A stretch of DNA of 63,912 bases, the filler included, from Octopus bimaculoides (taxonomy: Eukaryota), in NCBI RefSeq assembly GCF_001194135.2. It is 5 parts of 4 records of this genome, joined end to end, with 100 filler letters (N's around TTAATTAATTAA, not from the genome) between each part and the next. Parts side by side here need not be neighbours in the genome. Positions count along the whole stretch, not along the records: positions 12,315 to 35,438 come from NC_069003.1; 4 more parts are not named here. One strand, given 5' to 3'. Under the pieces are notes generated by a model. It had not been told where the DNA came from. It ran no database searches and saw nothing but the letters and a program-made list of their open reading frames with translations. Below are positions 12,541 to 24,036 of the stretch, piece by piece (position 1 is the first letter of the stretch; the number at the start of each line of letters is the position of its first letter). The position numbers and the translations under genes were made by a program.

Positions 12541-12653
12541 ATTCCTCACACTGATGAGAATGACAATGCATAAATTTAATTATAATTACTATGATTATAA
12601 TTTTTTTTCTTACATATTTGTATTGTCTTTTGAAACATGCGTATGTATTGAAT
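12541..12653 (+). ncRNA. Minimal type-I hammerhead ribozyme motif (Penelope-like element type)
   Basis: attc-ctc-aca CTGATGA(12551-57) / stem II gacaatgca:tgtattgtc plus inner hairpin aattataat:attataatt / GAAAC(12632-36) atgc GTA(12641-43) tgt-att-gaat. Confidence 0.65.
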
Positions 12654-13107
12654 CCAATTTCGTATTAAATTTAATTCTGATTCAGCATCTTTTTCTCCTC
12701 CATTTTTTATACTTGTTTATGGTATATTTATACCTATAACGATATTTTTCAACTATTATTTTCATATTCTTATTACTTGCTCTGGCTGTTTTTTTATGAA
12801 ACTGATGAATCTTTATTAGAAATCATTTTTTCTCTCTCTTTGGATCTCTCAAAATGTTTGAATTGTTCTTTTTGAACTTATTTTTTCCCATATATATATA
12901 TATATATATAGAATAAAATATTTTGAATGACACAACAATGCACTATAATACAAACAATGGACTATAATAACTGTTGTAATTTAATCATCCATAATCCGAT
13001 ATAATATTTCGGAATAAAATTCCTTCTTCAGATATCCCTAGGAATTGATAGAATCGCTGCTATAATCGGTTTTCCAATGTCTTTTCTTTGTTTTTTCAGA
13101 AGCATCT

Positions 13108-13506
13108 CAGGAGATATATCCGTAGGCTGTGGTTTACATCGTGTTTTCATTATACTGACCAATTAGGTTATACGATTGACTTTGACCTCACCCTGCTACG
13201 CATAGGGATATTGGGATTAGTTTTTGGCCAATAAGTAACAAATATTAACATTGCACTAAGGTTTTACCCAGTTTTTATTTCATTAACATACTTATGTATT
13301 AATTTTTCCCTAACAGGTTCAATTTAAGTTATTTCTGCCAACTCCGTTTATAATGCTATATTTATTAAATAGCGTTTTGCCTCTAACCTCTGACCCCTGT
13401 AGCATGGCCCATACCATTAAACACACCACATAGCATACTACCTTCACTATTTCCCTCAGTATAATGGAAACACGATGTAAACCACAGCCTACAGATATAT
13501 CTCCTG
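13108..13506. repeat. 51-bp inverted repeat with ~297-bp spacer
   Basis: 13108-13158 against the reverse complement of 13456-13506 gives 49/51 identity. Confidence 0.9.
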
Positions 13507-13700
13507 GGAGTAACTTTATTTACTTACCACAGGAGGGAATACCATGGACTATAATTACACCTTAAAATGAAGTTCTTACTTTTCCTTACCATGTCTATTA
13601 CATTATATATATTTTTTTTTTATCTATTTTACTCTATCTTATCATATTTTACCCTACTCTATTATTCTAACTGAATTTCCCACGTGTCAGTTTCCTAACA

Positions 13701-13840
13701 TTTGTACTCTCTGATGAAGCCTTGAGGCTCAACTATTATCCAATCTCTGTCCAATGTTTGTTCCCTGTGTATCACTGTCGTGATGAGGATGACCTGGAAG
13801 ATTCTTAGGCCTCATGGTAGAAACGGGCCTAAGGGATTTG
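13701..13840 (+). ncRNA. Decayed hammerhead ribozyme motif
   Basis: ctct CTGATGA(13711-17) a gccttgaggc ... gcctcatggt a GAAAC(13820-24) gggc CTA aggg; the expected GTA triplet reads CTA. Confidence 0.4.
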
Positions 13841-14034
13841 CATCTGTACACTCATCTATTATTATTCATTCATCTCTCTCTATATGTATCTGTCTACATA
13901 TTTATTGGCTGATGTCTTTCGTTTACTTGTACCACTTAAACTCATGTTTGTTATCATTTAATAAATAGATATAATAGAATGTTTACTGGCTGATGTTTGT
14001 TGATTTTATATCCTCTCCATTTTCTTATTTGCCT

Positions 14035-14077
<43 letters not shown>

Positions 14078-14135
14078 TACGGAGATGTACTTGCATAGCA
14101 AGTGACCTGATCTGAGATCGTGTGCTGGAACGAAA

Positions 14136-14396
14136 ACAATTGCAGCGTGGAAGGTGTTTATAAGCCATTTAAAATAGCACACAAAAGCTGTCAGATTCAC
14201 TTCAACATTTAAATTTAATTTGTCAAAGATAAAATTGTGCTGCATCAGTGATGCAGCACAATACTGTCAGTGAACAGGTCGCGGTCTCAAAGCGACGAAA
14301 ATATTTTGACAAATTAAATTTAAATGTTGAAGTGAATCTGACGGCTTTTGTGTGTTATTTTAAATGGTTTATAAACACCTTCCACGCTGCAATTGT
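14136..14396. repeat. Head-to-head inverted pair of one interspersed repeat (palindrome centred ~14248)
   Basis: acaattgcagcgtggaaggtgtttat...atttaatttgtcaaa is mirrored at ~14305-14396; junction gctgcatca-g-tgatgcagc. Confidence 0.85.
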
Positions 14397-14727
14397 ATAT
14401 ATATATATATATACATATCATCATCATCATCATCATCATCCTCGATTAACGTCCGCTTTCCATGCTAGCATGGGTTGGACGATTTGACTGAGGACTGGTG
14501 AACCAGATGGATGCACCAGGCTCCAATCTGATTTGGTAGAGTTTCTACAGCTGGATGCCCTTCCTAACGCCAATATATATATAATTCGTGTATGGTAACA
14601 TTAGGGGTATGCAGATAAATCTCTTATTTTGTTATGCTGTTTCCTATTTCGTTATCTAATGATACTGACCAATGAGTCAGTTTTTGGGGGTTGTATCATG
14701 GTTATTCCAATATGGATGTAGGATAAA

Positions 14728-15062
14728 TATAATAATAACAATAATTCTAGGATGGAATTCATAAATATTTAATACATCGCTATGCATGTTTCTGCAAATC
14801 CCAATCTAGCTAGATTGGTCTTCATGCTGACAAGAAAGGATAAACATTCCTCTGAGATTCATCCAATAGTGCAGTATCGCCTGATGAAATGAATCAATGA
14901 TGATGATCAATGAGATGCCCATGAATAATAGGGACTATACTGTACTAATCCCAAGGATACCGACTCTGATGTAAAAATCATGGGATTCATGGAAATGTGC
15001 ATAAGGATGTATTAGATATTTATGAATTCCATCCTAGAATTATTGTTATTATTATTATATAT
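14728..15062. mobile_element. MITE/foldback with ~80-bp TIRs
   Basis: ataattctaggatggaattcataaatat.taatacatc is mirrored by gatgtattagatatttatgaattccatcctagaattat. Confidence 0.8.
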
Positions 15063-15274
15063 AATGTACACACACATACTTGGTTAATGAGAGACAGAAG
15101 ATGGAAGATACGAGAGTTTTTATAAATCACTACAATTGTTTCGGCCTATCTAGCATCAACTCCTTCCGGATCTTCCATCTTCCATCTCTCATTAAGCAAA
15201 TACATAATAAACCCTGTGAAAGTGACCGTGATTTACCAGTAACGTATAAACCATTTGTTTATTTGTTTTATTAT

Positions 15275-15337
<63 letters not shown>

Positions 15338-15511
15338 CGGGTTTCATTTCCAGCTACCAAATCCACTGACTAGGCTTCGGTCAACCCAAAGCTTTAAAGG
15401 CTTTAGTGGTAAAAGGCACTTGTCCAAGGCGCTACACAGTGGGACTGAAGCTGGAACCATGTAGTTGGGAGGTTTCAGTCATAGGACCGCAGCCATGATG
15501 GAGCACCACTT

Positions 15512-18500
15512 TAATTTATTTTCTATCAGCTTTGTTGTCACTTCATGGCTGGAAGTTGGTCTGTGATCGAGTTAATAGCAGCTAATCTCCTCTGAGTGCA
15601 GCCTTCAATGGCTGACTGGTCCAGTTTTATTGTTAGGAGTTTATCCAATGGTATTTTGTTTAATGTTTCAGTAGAGGTTCCTTTTATATTGTTGATTACT
15701 TTAGGCAGGCAATTGAACAGTTGAGGAACTCTGAATATCAGACTTGTACAATAAAGTGTTTTTGCTTGAGATTTTGAAAGTGGTATATTTGGAAGCTGAC
15801 AGTATCTAATAGTTTCTGCATTAACATTCTCTCTAATGTTGCAGTTTGAAATAGGATTTTCCATACATATGTAAAAATTAATATTTCCTTCTCCAAGCCT
15901 AGATTCGAAAGTGAATCTAAGAATTCTCGGTCGTCCAAACCACCACGATCAACAGGCACGAAAACAGGCTTTCTTTGTCCTGTCAAAAGGTGATTGATCA
16001 TCTCCCTTTGACCTATGACCTCAGCCATGTTAGGCGAAGTTCAAATGGACAGGAGCTGACCTATCTAGGTACAAACTCTGCTGCAGTATGTCTGTCCTTC
16101 TAGCTGCCACGATTATTATAAATACGGTGGTCAACAGAGGAACAGATAAGAAGAAAGGCCTAGCAGGCAAATGCGAAAGGTTCACAACACGACAGTTTTT
16201 CACAGAGACCCAGAGCAATGTTCAAAGTTCCACGGTAGACTACTGTCTCAGATGAACTACGCACACACACACAAATATTCATTTCTGACATATCACTTCC
16301 ACAGATGTATCCTATTTCTATTTCTAGCAACTTGTAGCAGTTGTCAACATTTTGCATGTAGTGAAGAATTATGTGTACCAACAACAAATTAAGTCCAGTG
16401 AATAAATTATTTTAACTATGAATCGATTCACTCATTTGTTCACTTCAAAGGCTTACACATTCCTTTTGCATCTGTTCATCATGATACACATTTAACCACT
16501 ACACATATGTGATAGTATAGCTCTCTTTTCAGCATTCAAGATAGTAGAGACACAATGCTTTCAAATATCCCCAGTAGATAAAGCTTTTAACTAACAGTAT
16601 TTTACAGGTGGACATTCTTTGTAACCCTTCAATTTCTTCTATGAGACCAGATGTGTTAGGAGAACAAAGCTGTGAGCAGTAATCTAACCTGCTCAGAACT
16701 CAGGTTTTCCATAGAGTTAGCCTCACTACTGGTTCTCTTGTTATGAAGGTTTGTAGAATCTATCCTTTGAAATGTCTGCATTTAGAGGTCAGTTTGATGA
16801 TGTGGCTAATGAAAGCTGCATCATTTGACATGATTACTCCTGTATGTCCTGCATGTCATTAGCACTCTGAATCATTCTGGTATCAAATATTGTGAGTTTT
16901 GTGTATTCCCTCTGTAAGAAAGAACCTGAAATTTTGATGCGCAAATTTCATATTGTTTTAATCCACCCATTGATGAATGAGGTTTAGCTCATTTAGTGTG
17001 ACAGTATCTTCTGGCGTTTGGATAACCATTGATATTTTTGCATCATTGGTGTAACTCGTTAGTTTGGATGAGTGCATTTATGATAGGTTGATGATGAATG
17101 ATAATAGTTCTAGAACCCTTCCCTGAGGCATACCACTTATTACAGGTGACTTTGCAGAAAGAAAACCATTTCCAACAACAGATTGGCACCTACCATGTAG
17201 GAAGTAAAAGAGCCATTCTCTGAGTTTTCCTGTGATGCTAAGATCTCTTAACTTATGTCAGATGACTCCATGAACAATCTTGTCAAATGCCTTAACAAAA
17301 TCAAAGTATATGCAGTTAGTGTCCTTTCCTCTCAAGAGATTATAAAGAATAGTGTTATGGTGTTGTAATAGTTGTGAAGGGCAACTTCGTCCAGTCCCCA
17401 AACCATGCTGTATGTCATCTCTGAGGTATACCTTGAGGTATGTAAAAATTCTATTTCAGACAATGTGTTTGATAATTTTAGATGTGTGAGATGTGAGCTA
17501 CCCTCCTTTGTGTATAGATGTTACTATTGTGTCTTTCAGTAGTTCTGGGAATTTGTCAGTATCTAGTGACTTTTGAAATAACATTTTTAATGGTTTCACG
17601 AGGCTGTTTTTGCACGTTTTTAGCAGTTTGGCTGGGAGACCATCTGGTCTAGGTGCTGAGTTTGAATCTAGGTCATTAGTTGTAAGTATATCACCTTCCA
17701 TCATATCATTAATTTTTAGATGTATTTCTGCAGTTGAGTTCTGGAGATCAAAGGATTAATTTGACTCATATTATTTTGTTAACTATAGGTTGAGAAAATT
17801 CAGTTATACTCTTGACTCAAGAGTGCACATATATATGATCCATTTTGATCCATTAGAGAGCCAATCTGGTTATGTGTCGCTGATTTTTGTTTAGCAAAGT
17901 GGAAGAAGAATTTAGTAATAAATTTTATATTTTACACTGCTTCATGAAATAGTTCGATGTTCTTTTTTGTTTTTTTCTCAATCTCATCTGCTGAGAGAGT
18001 TTGGTTTTTTTAGCTGATTTGTTGATTTGATTCTGTTACACATTATTATTGTCACTAATAAGTCAAGCCCCACATGAGCCCTACCCACAAGCCAATGTAT
18101 TTTTAGCAAGGGACTTTAATTTTCCTAGCCCCCAGCTGGGCTGAGGGCTATATCCAACCTGAAATTAAACAATGCTCTTCTCGATACCACTAAAGACTTT
18201 CTCATGCAACAAATCATTACCCATCCAGCTAGGGGAAATAACATAGTCGACCTCGTCTTAACCACCAATACAGACTTCGTTCACAATGTTCAAATCATTC
18301 CCACAGCTATTTCCAACCACAGCATTATACAATTGTCAAAGAGTTTGTGGGTTGATGACAGCAATGGTGTGGTTGTGCACTGGGGTACTAGCAGTAGCTG
18401 GTGCAGTGTGAGAGCTAAAAAATTTTTTAAAATTTCTTTTGCCAGATTCATAATCACCGAAAAAGAATCTTCTTGTTTTGGGAGGAGTTGCCTGGAGTTG

Positions 18501-19073
18501 GTATGAGTGTGCTGTTGGATATGGATATAGTTATATTGTTTGCGGCTGTTGATTTTACTATTGTACCCAGTAGATATCTGGATGACTTCTGGTTTTCAGT
18601 GAAAGTCTGGACCAACACTGCCACTGTAAGGAATGTTTCTACTGTGAATTTGGTGGTGATGGTTTGGTATCATGCTTTTACTAGTGCATTGAGTCCCTGG
18701 AAGATGAGTGAAGGGACAGTCAAACGTCAGACATAATGGGTTACATGTGTAGAAGTTATTAAGTATGATTTAACATTTAGTGGTGATAGTGGTGATGGTG
18801 TTGTAAGATGTGTGGTTTGACATTGGCTGGTATTGTTTGTACGAATTGTGTGTCTTGCCCTAGGTAAATGGGTGAAATTACAGAGACTGCATATATGTAG
18901 TCTCTTGCATTGAGAATAATGGCATATTTTGGGGTTTCGTGTGTTCATAATTTTATTTTATTTACATTTGGCAAATTCATCATGGAGCTGTCAGGTATAC
19001 ATTCAGATTGAGGTGGACAGTGGAGGAAGACAGGAGTGATTCTTCACTAAATGGAGTAGTATTAGTGTTTATG

Positions 19074-19146
<73 letters not shown>

Positions 19147-19730
19147 AATAGAATGACAATGGTGATGATGGATCTCTTGTGCTATTTTGAAAAGAATTTG
19201 AGTGGCCTGACTGTGGAGAAGAGCTAGGGACTGTGTTGTTTAATAGGTCATCAATCATTCTAGTATTGAAGAGTAACTCCAATGCTGATCTTGATGTTGT
19301 TGCTATTGTTTAGGTGTAGTAAGGGCAGTAGCAGTAGAACATGAAGGCAATGATGACATGGGCCAGTAATGGTATTCAGAGGAAATGAGGAAGTAGATAG
19401 CTAGACCGTGAAGGGTTCTTGATTGTGGAGTTTAATGGGTTATCAATTGTTCTGGTATTGAAGAGTGACTTTCAATGCTGATGTTGTTGTTATTGTTCAG
19501 TTGGGGTAAGGGTAGTAGCAGTAGAACATGATGACAATGATGATGATGGGTCACTTGTGGTATTCCAAGGAAATGAGGAAATGAATAGCTGAACTGTGAA
19601 GGGCTCTTATTGTAGAGTTGTGCTAGCATTGAGGAGTGGCTGTGGTTATTGTTGTTATATTGTTGTTATTTATATTGGGGTAGGATAAACTAGGTAGCAT
19701 CAACTTGTTATAAAAGTAGATAGTAATTTT
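15512..19730 (-). mobile_element. Near-full-length decayed CR1/L2-like LINE (ORF1 remnant, APE endonuclease, RT), rearranged
   Basis: RT motifs NSAPRPDGLPAKLLKTCK..LVKPLKMLFQKSLDT (17498-17704), a SG.PQG.VL-like block (~17130), SRLDYCSQL (~16690) and C-terminal LIFRVPQLFNCLP; endonuclease motifs DFNF, RGNNIVDLVLT and SNH; many stops. Confidence 0.85.
15870..16503 (+). mobile_element. Solo LTR (Ty3/gypsy-like) nested in the LINE
   Basis: TGTA...TACA termini; 4-bp TSD CATA (15866-69 and 16504-07); TATAAATA at 16117 and AATAAA at 16401; removing it restores the LINE codons I-T-Y-V-W-K-I-L. Confidence 0.75.
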
Positions 19731-19759
19731 ACCTTGTATTTATTCTTAGTGCAAGTTTT

Positions 19760-20560
19760 GAGGAGTGCAGTTTGATTTTAACACTTATTTTTCAACACTA
19801 CAAAGGAGCCTATTCAGCATGTTTTGCTTTATGAGTTCAATAAAAGCAACAAATCAATGAAAAGTGCGAGGAACATTAAAGAAGTATAAGCATAAACCAG
19901 TGTCAACAGTGGTTCCAGAAGTTCCAAGCCAGAAACTACAGCCTAGAAGACGAGCCTCGTCCTGGAAGATCTACAGAACTACACAAGGAACTACATGCAA
20001 ACCTTGGTGGAACAAAATCCCATTATAACTGTTTAGGAACTAGCAGAGAAGCTTCGATTTGCTCCTTCAACCATTCATTGACATCTGCGTGCCATCGGAA
20101 AAGTCAGCAAATTGGGTCAATAGGTTTCTCAGAAATTTTCTGAATCTAATCACATGCAGAGAGTGAATGCGTGCTCTTCAAGTACTGAAGACAGTGGATA
20201 GGGAAAGAAGAAACATTGGCACCCCAGAGTAAAGGTCTTCACCCATGTAAGGTGTTGCTATCTGTTTGGTAGAATATGAAAGGTTTGGTCCACTTTGAAC
20301 TTTTAAACCCAAACCAAATGATAACAAAGTAGATATGCCCCACCCACCTTATTTGCTAGACGTCATCCCATCTAATTATCATTTATTCTACTGTCTTCAA
20401 AATCATTTGGATGGAAAAAATATGAATTATGTAGACAAGGTCAGAACAGTACTGGAGGAGTATTTTTCATCATGGACAAGTGGAATTTGGAAGAGGGGCC
20501 TCGCAAGTCTACCAGATAGATGGAAAAGAATTGTAGAAAAATAAAAGAAGTATAAAAAAA
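19760..20560 (+). mobile_element. Mariner transposase relic (internally deleted)
   Basis: HVLLYEFNK, QWFQKF..NYSLEDEPRPGRS, GKVSKLGQ.V and HPPY..DVIPSNYHLF..LQNHLDGK motifs; stops and frameshifts. Confidence 0.85.
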
Positions 20561-20829
20561 CGCATTATTTATGGGATAACACAATACACACACACACACA
20601 TATAATTTTAATTTTAGTGTTGAGGATGCTTTAGTTCAGTAATATATCTTTCTAGGGATTTTGGAGGGTTTTCCTTTTATTTATTTTTGTCCTTTGTTCT
20701 TATTTTGTGAAGAAACATAACTTCAAGCAATTTTTACAGATCAGTTTTTAAACACTATTTTCTAAGCCTGGGAGAGGTAAGCAGGGGTGCAATATTGAAT
20801 TTTGCACCTCACAAAATTTTAGGTGGTGC

Positions 20830-21760
20830 AAGTGTACCTCCTGCACCTCTGAGGGTTTTCTGAATGATAGATTAGAAAAGGAATCAGCTTAAAACCCACA
20901 GCATTACCACCAAGCAACAAAGTTAACCTATCCTCAAAAGCTTTGAATCCTGGCATCCTTTTTTTTCTTCTTGGTGTATGTACATGCAAGTAGGCATTCG
21001 TTTCCATAGCAAGCCAGTTTTGTCTACATTCTGGTAGATAAAACTTTCTTCTTCAATTAATTCGTCAAAACTATCAATGAATTTTTAGGCTCCATCTTCA
21101 TCTGCACTTCCTGCTTCTCCTGTCACATATACATTATGCAAAGTAAATCTTTTTTTAAAATACAGAAACCATCCATTACTAGCCTGAAAATTTTGTGTGT
21201 AATCATCTCAGGAGCCTGATTTTAAAGTCTGAAACAGATTTCTAGCCTTTGAGAAAGCTCATGGGTGTTTTTTTTCTGTATTAAATCTTCGGTCCACATC
21301 AATAACAATTTCTCCATTTCATGGATGGGTTCCTGTCATTGTTTGGTTAAAATTGTAGACTTCATAGGTGCAGAACCTTTCACAGCTTCATAAATTCTTT
21401 CTTTTTCCTTAAGTATCTTTGATACCATGGAATCCAATAACTTCATGTTAGGTGCTTTTGTATTCTTTCCGCCTTCATACAGCCAAATAATCTTCATTTT
21501 ACAGTCTAAATCAATAACCTTCCTTGACTTCTTAGCTGGCGCATCTGTAGATGAAAGCATTTTCCTTTTTCCAGTCATTTTAGGGGTATTTCAGATACAA
21601 TTGTAACAAATCCACATACAACTGATGCTTGAAAGCAACTGAGTGAGAGACAGTGTCAGGCAATGGATGTCTGCATTGCCAGATGCTGCCATAGTTATTG
21701 TATGCACAGCTGCCCAATGTCTGAAAATAGTTTATTTATTTATTTATTTTTTGTGGTCAT
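20830..21760 (-). mobile_element. Tigger/pogo (CENP-B-like) transposase relic
   Basis: AKKSRKVIDLDCKMKII HTH region and MPGFKAFEDRLTLLLGGNAVGFKLIPFLIYHSENP DDE region. Confidence 0.9.
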
Positions 21761-21804
21761 AAGTTGAGGAAAAGGCATATATGTATATATATATATATAT
21801 ATAT

Positions 21805-23960
21805 CATCATCATCATCATCACTTAACGTCCACTTTCCATGCTAGCATGGGTTGGACGATTTGACTGGGGACTGGTGAACCAGATGATACTCCAATCTGA
21901 TCTGGCAGAGTTTCTACAGCTGGATGCCCTTCCTAATGCCAACCACTCCGAGAGTGTAGTGGGTGCTTTTTACATGCCACCAGCACGAGGGCCAGTTTGG
22001 CGGTACTGGCAACGGCCACGCTCAAATGGTGTTTTTTACGTGCCACTTGCACAGGAGTCATTCCAATGTTTTGTTCACATGCCACCAGCACAAGTACCAG
22101 TAAGGCGAAGCTGGAAAACATCACGCTCAAATGGTGCTTTTTTCGTACCACTGGCACATGAGTGAGACCACTGCTCTGGCAGTGATCCCGCTCGGATGGT
22201 GCTGTTAGTGCTCCACTGGCACAGGTGCCAGTCATCAAATTCGGTTCAGTTTTGATCTCACTTGCCCCAATAGGTCTTTGCAAGCTGAGTTTAGTGTACA
22301 ATGAGGGAAGGTTGGCATGGGTGCCAGTCATCAAATTTGGTTCAATTTCGATTTCGATTTCACTTGCCTCAACAGGTCTTCACAAGCAGGGTTTTGTGTC
22401 CAAAGAAGGAAAGGTACGCATAAGGAGGCTGGCTACAACCTTGGTAAAGGCCAAAGGTTATGGTCTCACTTGTCTTGCCAGGTCTTCTTATGCACAACAT
22501 ATTTCCAAAGGTCTCGGTCACTAGTCATTGCCTCGGTGAGGCCTAATGTTCGAAGGTCATGCTTCACCACCTCATCCCAGGTCTTCCTGGGTCTACCTCT
22601 TCCACAGGTACCCTCAACAGTTATGCTATGGCACTTTTTCACACAGCTATCCTCATCCATTCTCACCACATGACCATACCAACGCAATCGTCTCTCTTGC
22701 ACACCACAACTGATGCTTCTTCGGTTCAACTTTTCTCTCAAGGTACTTACACTCTGTTGGGTATGCACACTGACATTACACATCCATCGGAGCATACTGG
22801 CTTCATTCCTTTCGAGCTTACGCATGTCTTCAGCAGTCACGGCCCATGTTTCACTGCCATGTAGNNNNNNNNNNNNNNNNNNNNNNNNNNNNNNNNNNNN
22901 NNNNNNNNNNNNNNNNNNNNNNNNNNNNNNNNNNNNNNNNNNNNNNNNNNNNNNNNNNNNNNNNNNNNNNNNNNNNNNNNNNNNNNNNNNNNNNNNNNNN
23001 NNNNNNNNNNNNNNNNNNNNNNNNNNNNNNNNNNNNNNNNNNNNNNNNNNNNNNNNNNNNNNNNNNNNNNNNNNNNNNNNNNNNNNNNNNNNNNNNNNNN
23101 NNNNNNNNNNNNNNNNNNNNNNNNNNNNNNNNNNNNGGAATGTGGCAGAAGTTGTTTTCTGCACATTTTCAGTGTTTATTGCTCCTGAACATCTGCCACA
23201 CATAAAAACTATCTTGCTAGTTAGCCTTCCTTTGATATTGCTGCACTTCTTATGTGTCCATAGCTTACACTGGGTACATCTTATAGAGTTTCTACCTACA
23301 CCTTTTCTACAGACCGAGCAGGGCCATCTACCTGAAGGGGTTTGTGGTTTGTCTACCTTTCTACTTAGGACTTTGGTTTTAGCTAGGTTGACTCTAAGGC
23401 CTTTCGATTCTAATCCTTGCTTCCACACCTGAAACTTCACCTCTAGTTCTGATAGTGAGTCATCAATTAGAGCAAGGCCATCAGCATAGAGGAGCTCCCA
23501 GGGGCATCCTGTCTTGAATTCCTCTGTTATTGCCTGGAGGACTATGATAAATTGGAGGGGGCTGAGGACGGAACCTTGGTGGACCCCTATCTCTATCTGG
23601 AATTCTTCACTGTACTTGTTGCCAATCCTCACCTTACTGATAGCGTCCCTGTACATGGCTCACACAGGTCTCACTAACTATTCATCTATCCCTAGTTTCC
23701 TCATTGACCACCAGATATGGGATCAGGGGACCCTGTCAAAGGCTTTCTCCATGTCAACAAAAGCCAGGTACAGAGGTTTATCTTTGGATAGGTATTTCTC
23801 CTGCAGCTGTCTTACCAGAAATATAGCATCAGCGGTGCTTTTCCCTGGCATGAATCCAAACTGCATCTCATCTAAACTGATTCTCTCCCCAATTAGTTGG
23901 GCTATGACCCTCTCCGTGACCTTCATTACCTGGTCCAACAACTTGATACCTCTGTAATTG
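21805..23960 (-). mobile_element. 5'-truncated RTE-clade LINE with 3' UTR and (GAT)n tail
   Basis: QFGFMPGKSTADAIFLVRQLQEKY, DMEKAFDRVP, GVHQGSVLSPL, LLYADG (YADD mutated), LHGSETW, LRWYGHVVRM, GRGRPRKTW; frameshifted. Confidence 0.95.
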
Positions 23961-24036
23961 TTTGTGTCTATATATATATATGTGTCTCTCTCTATATATA
24001 TATGTGTCTCTCTCTCTATATGTGTGTGTGTGTGTG

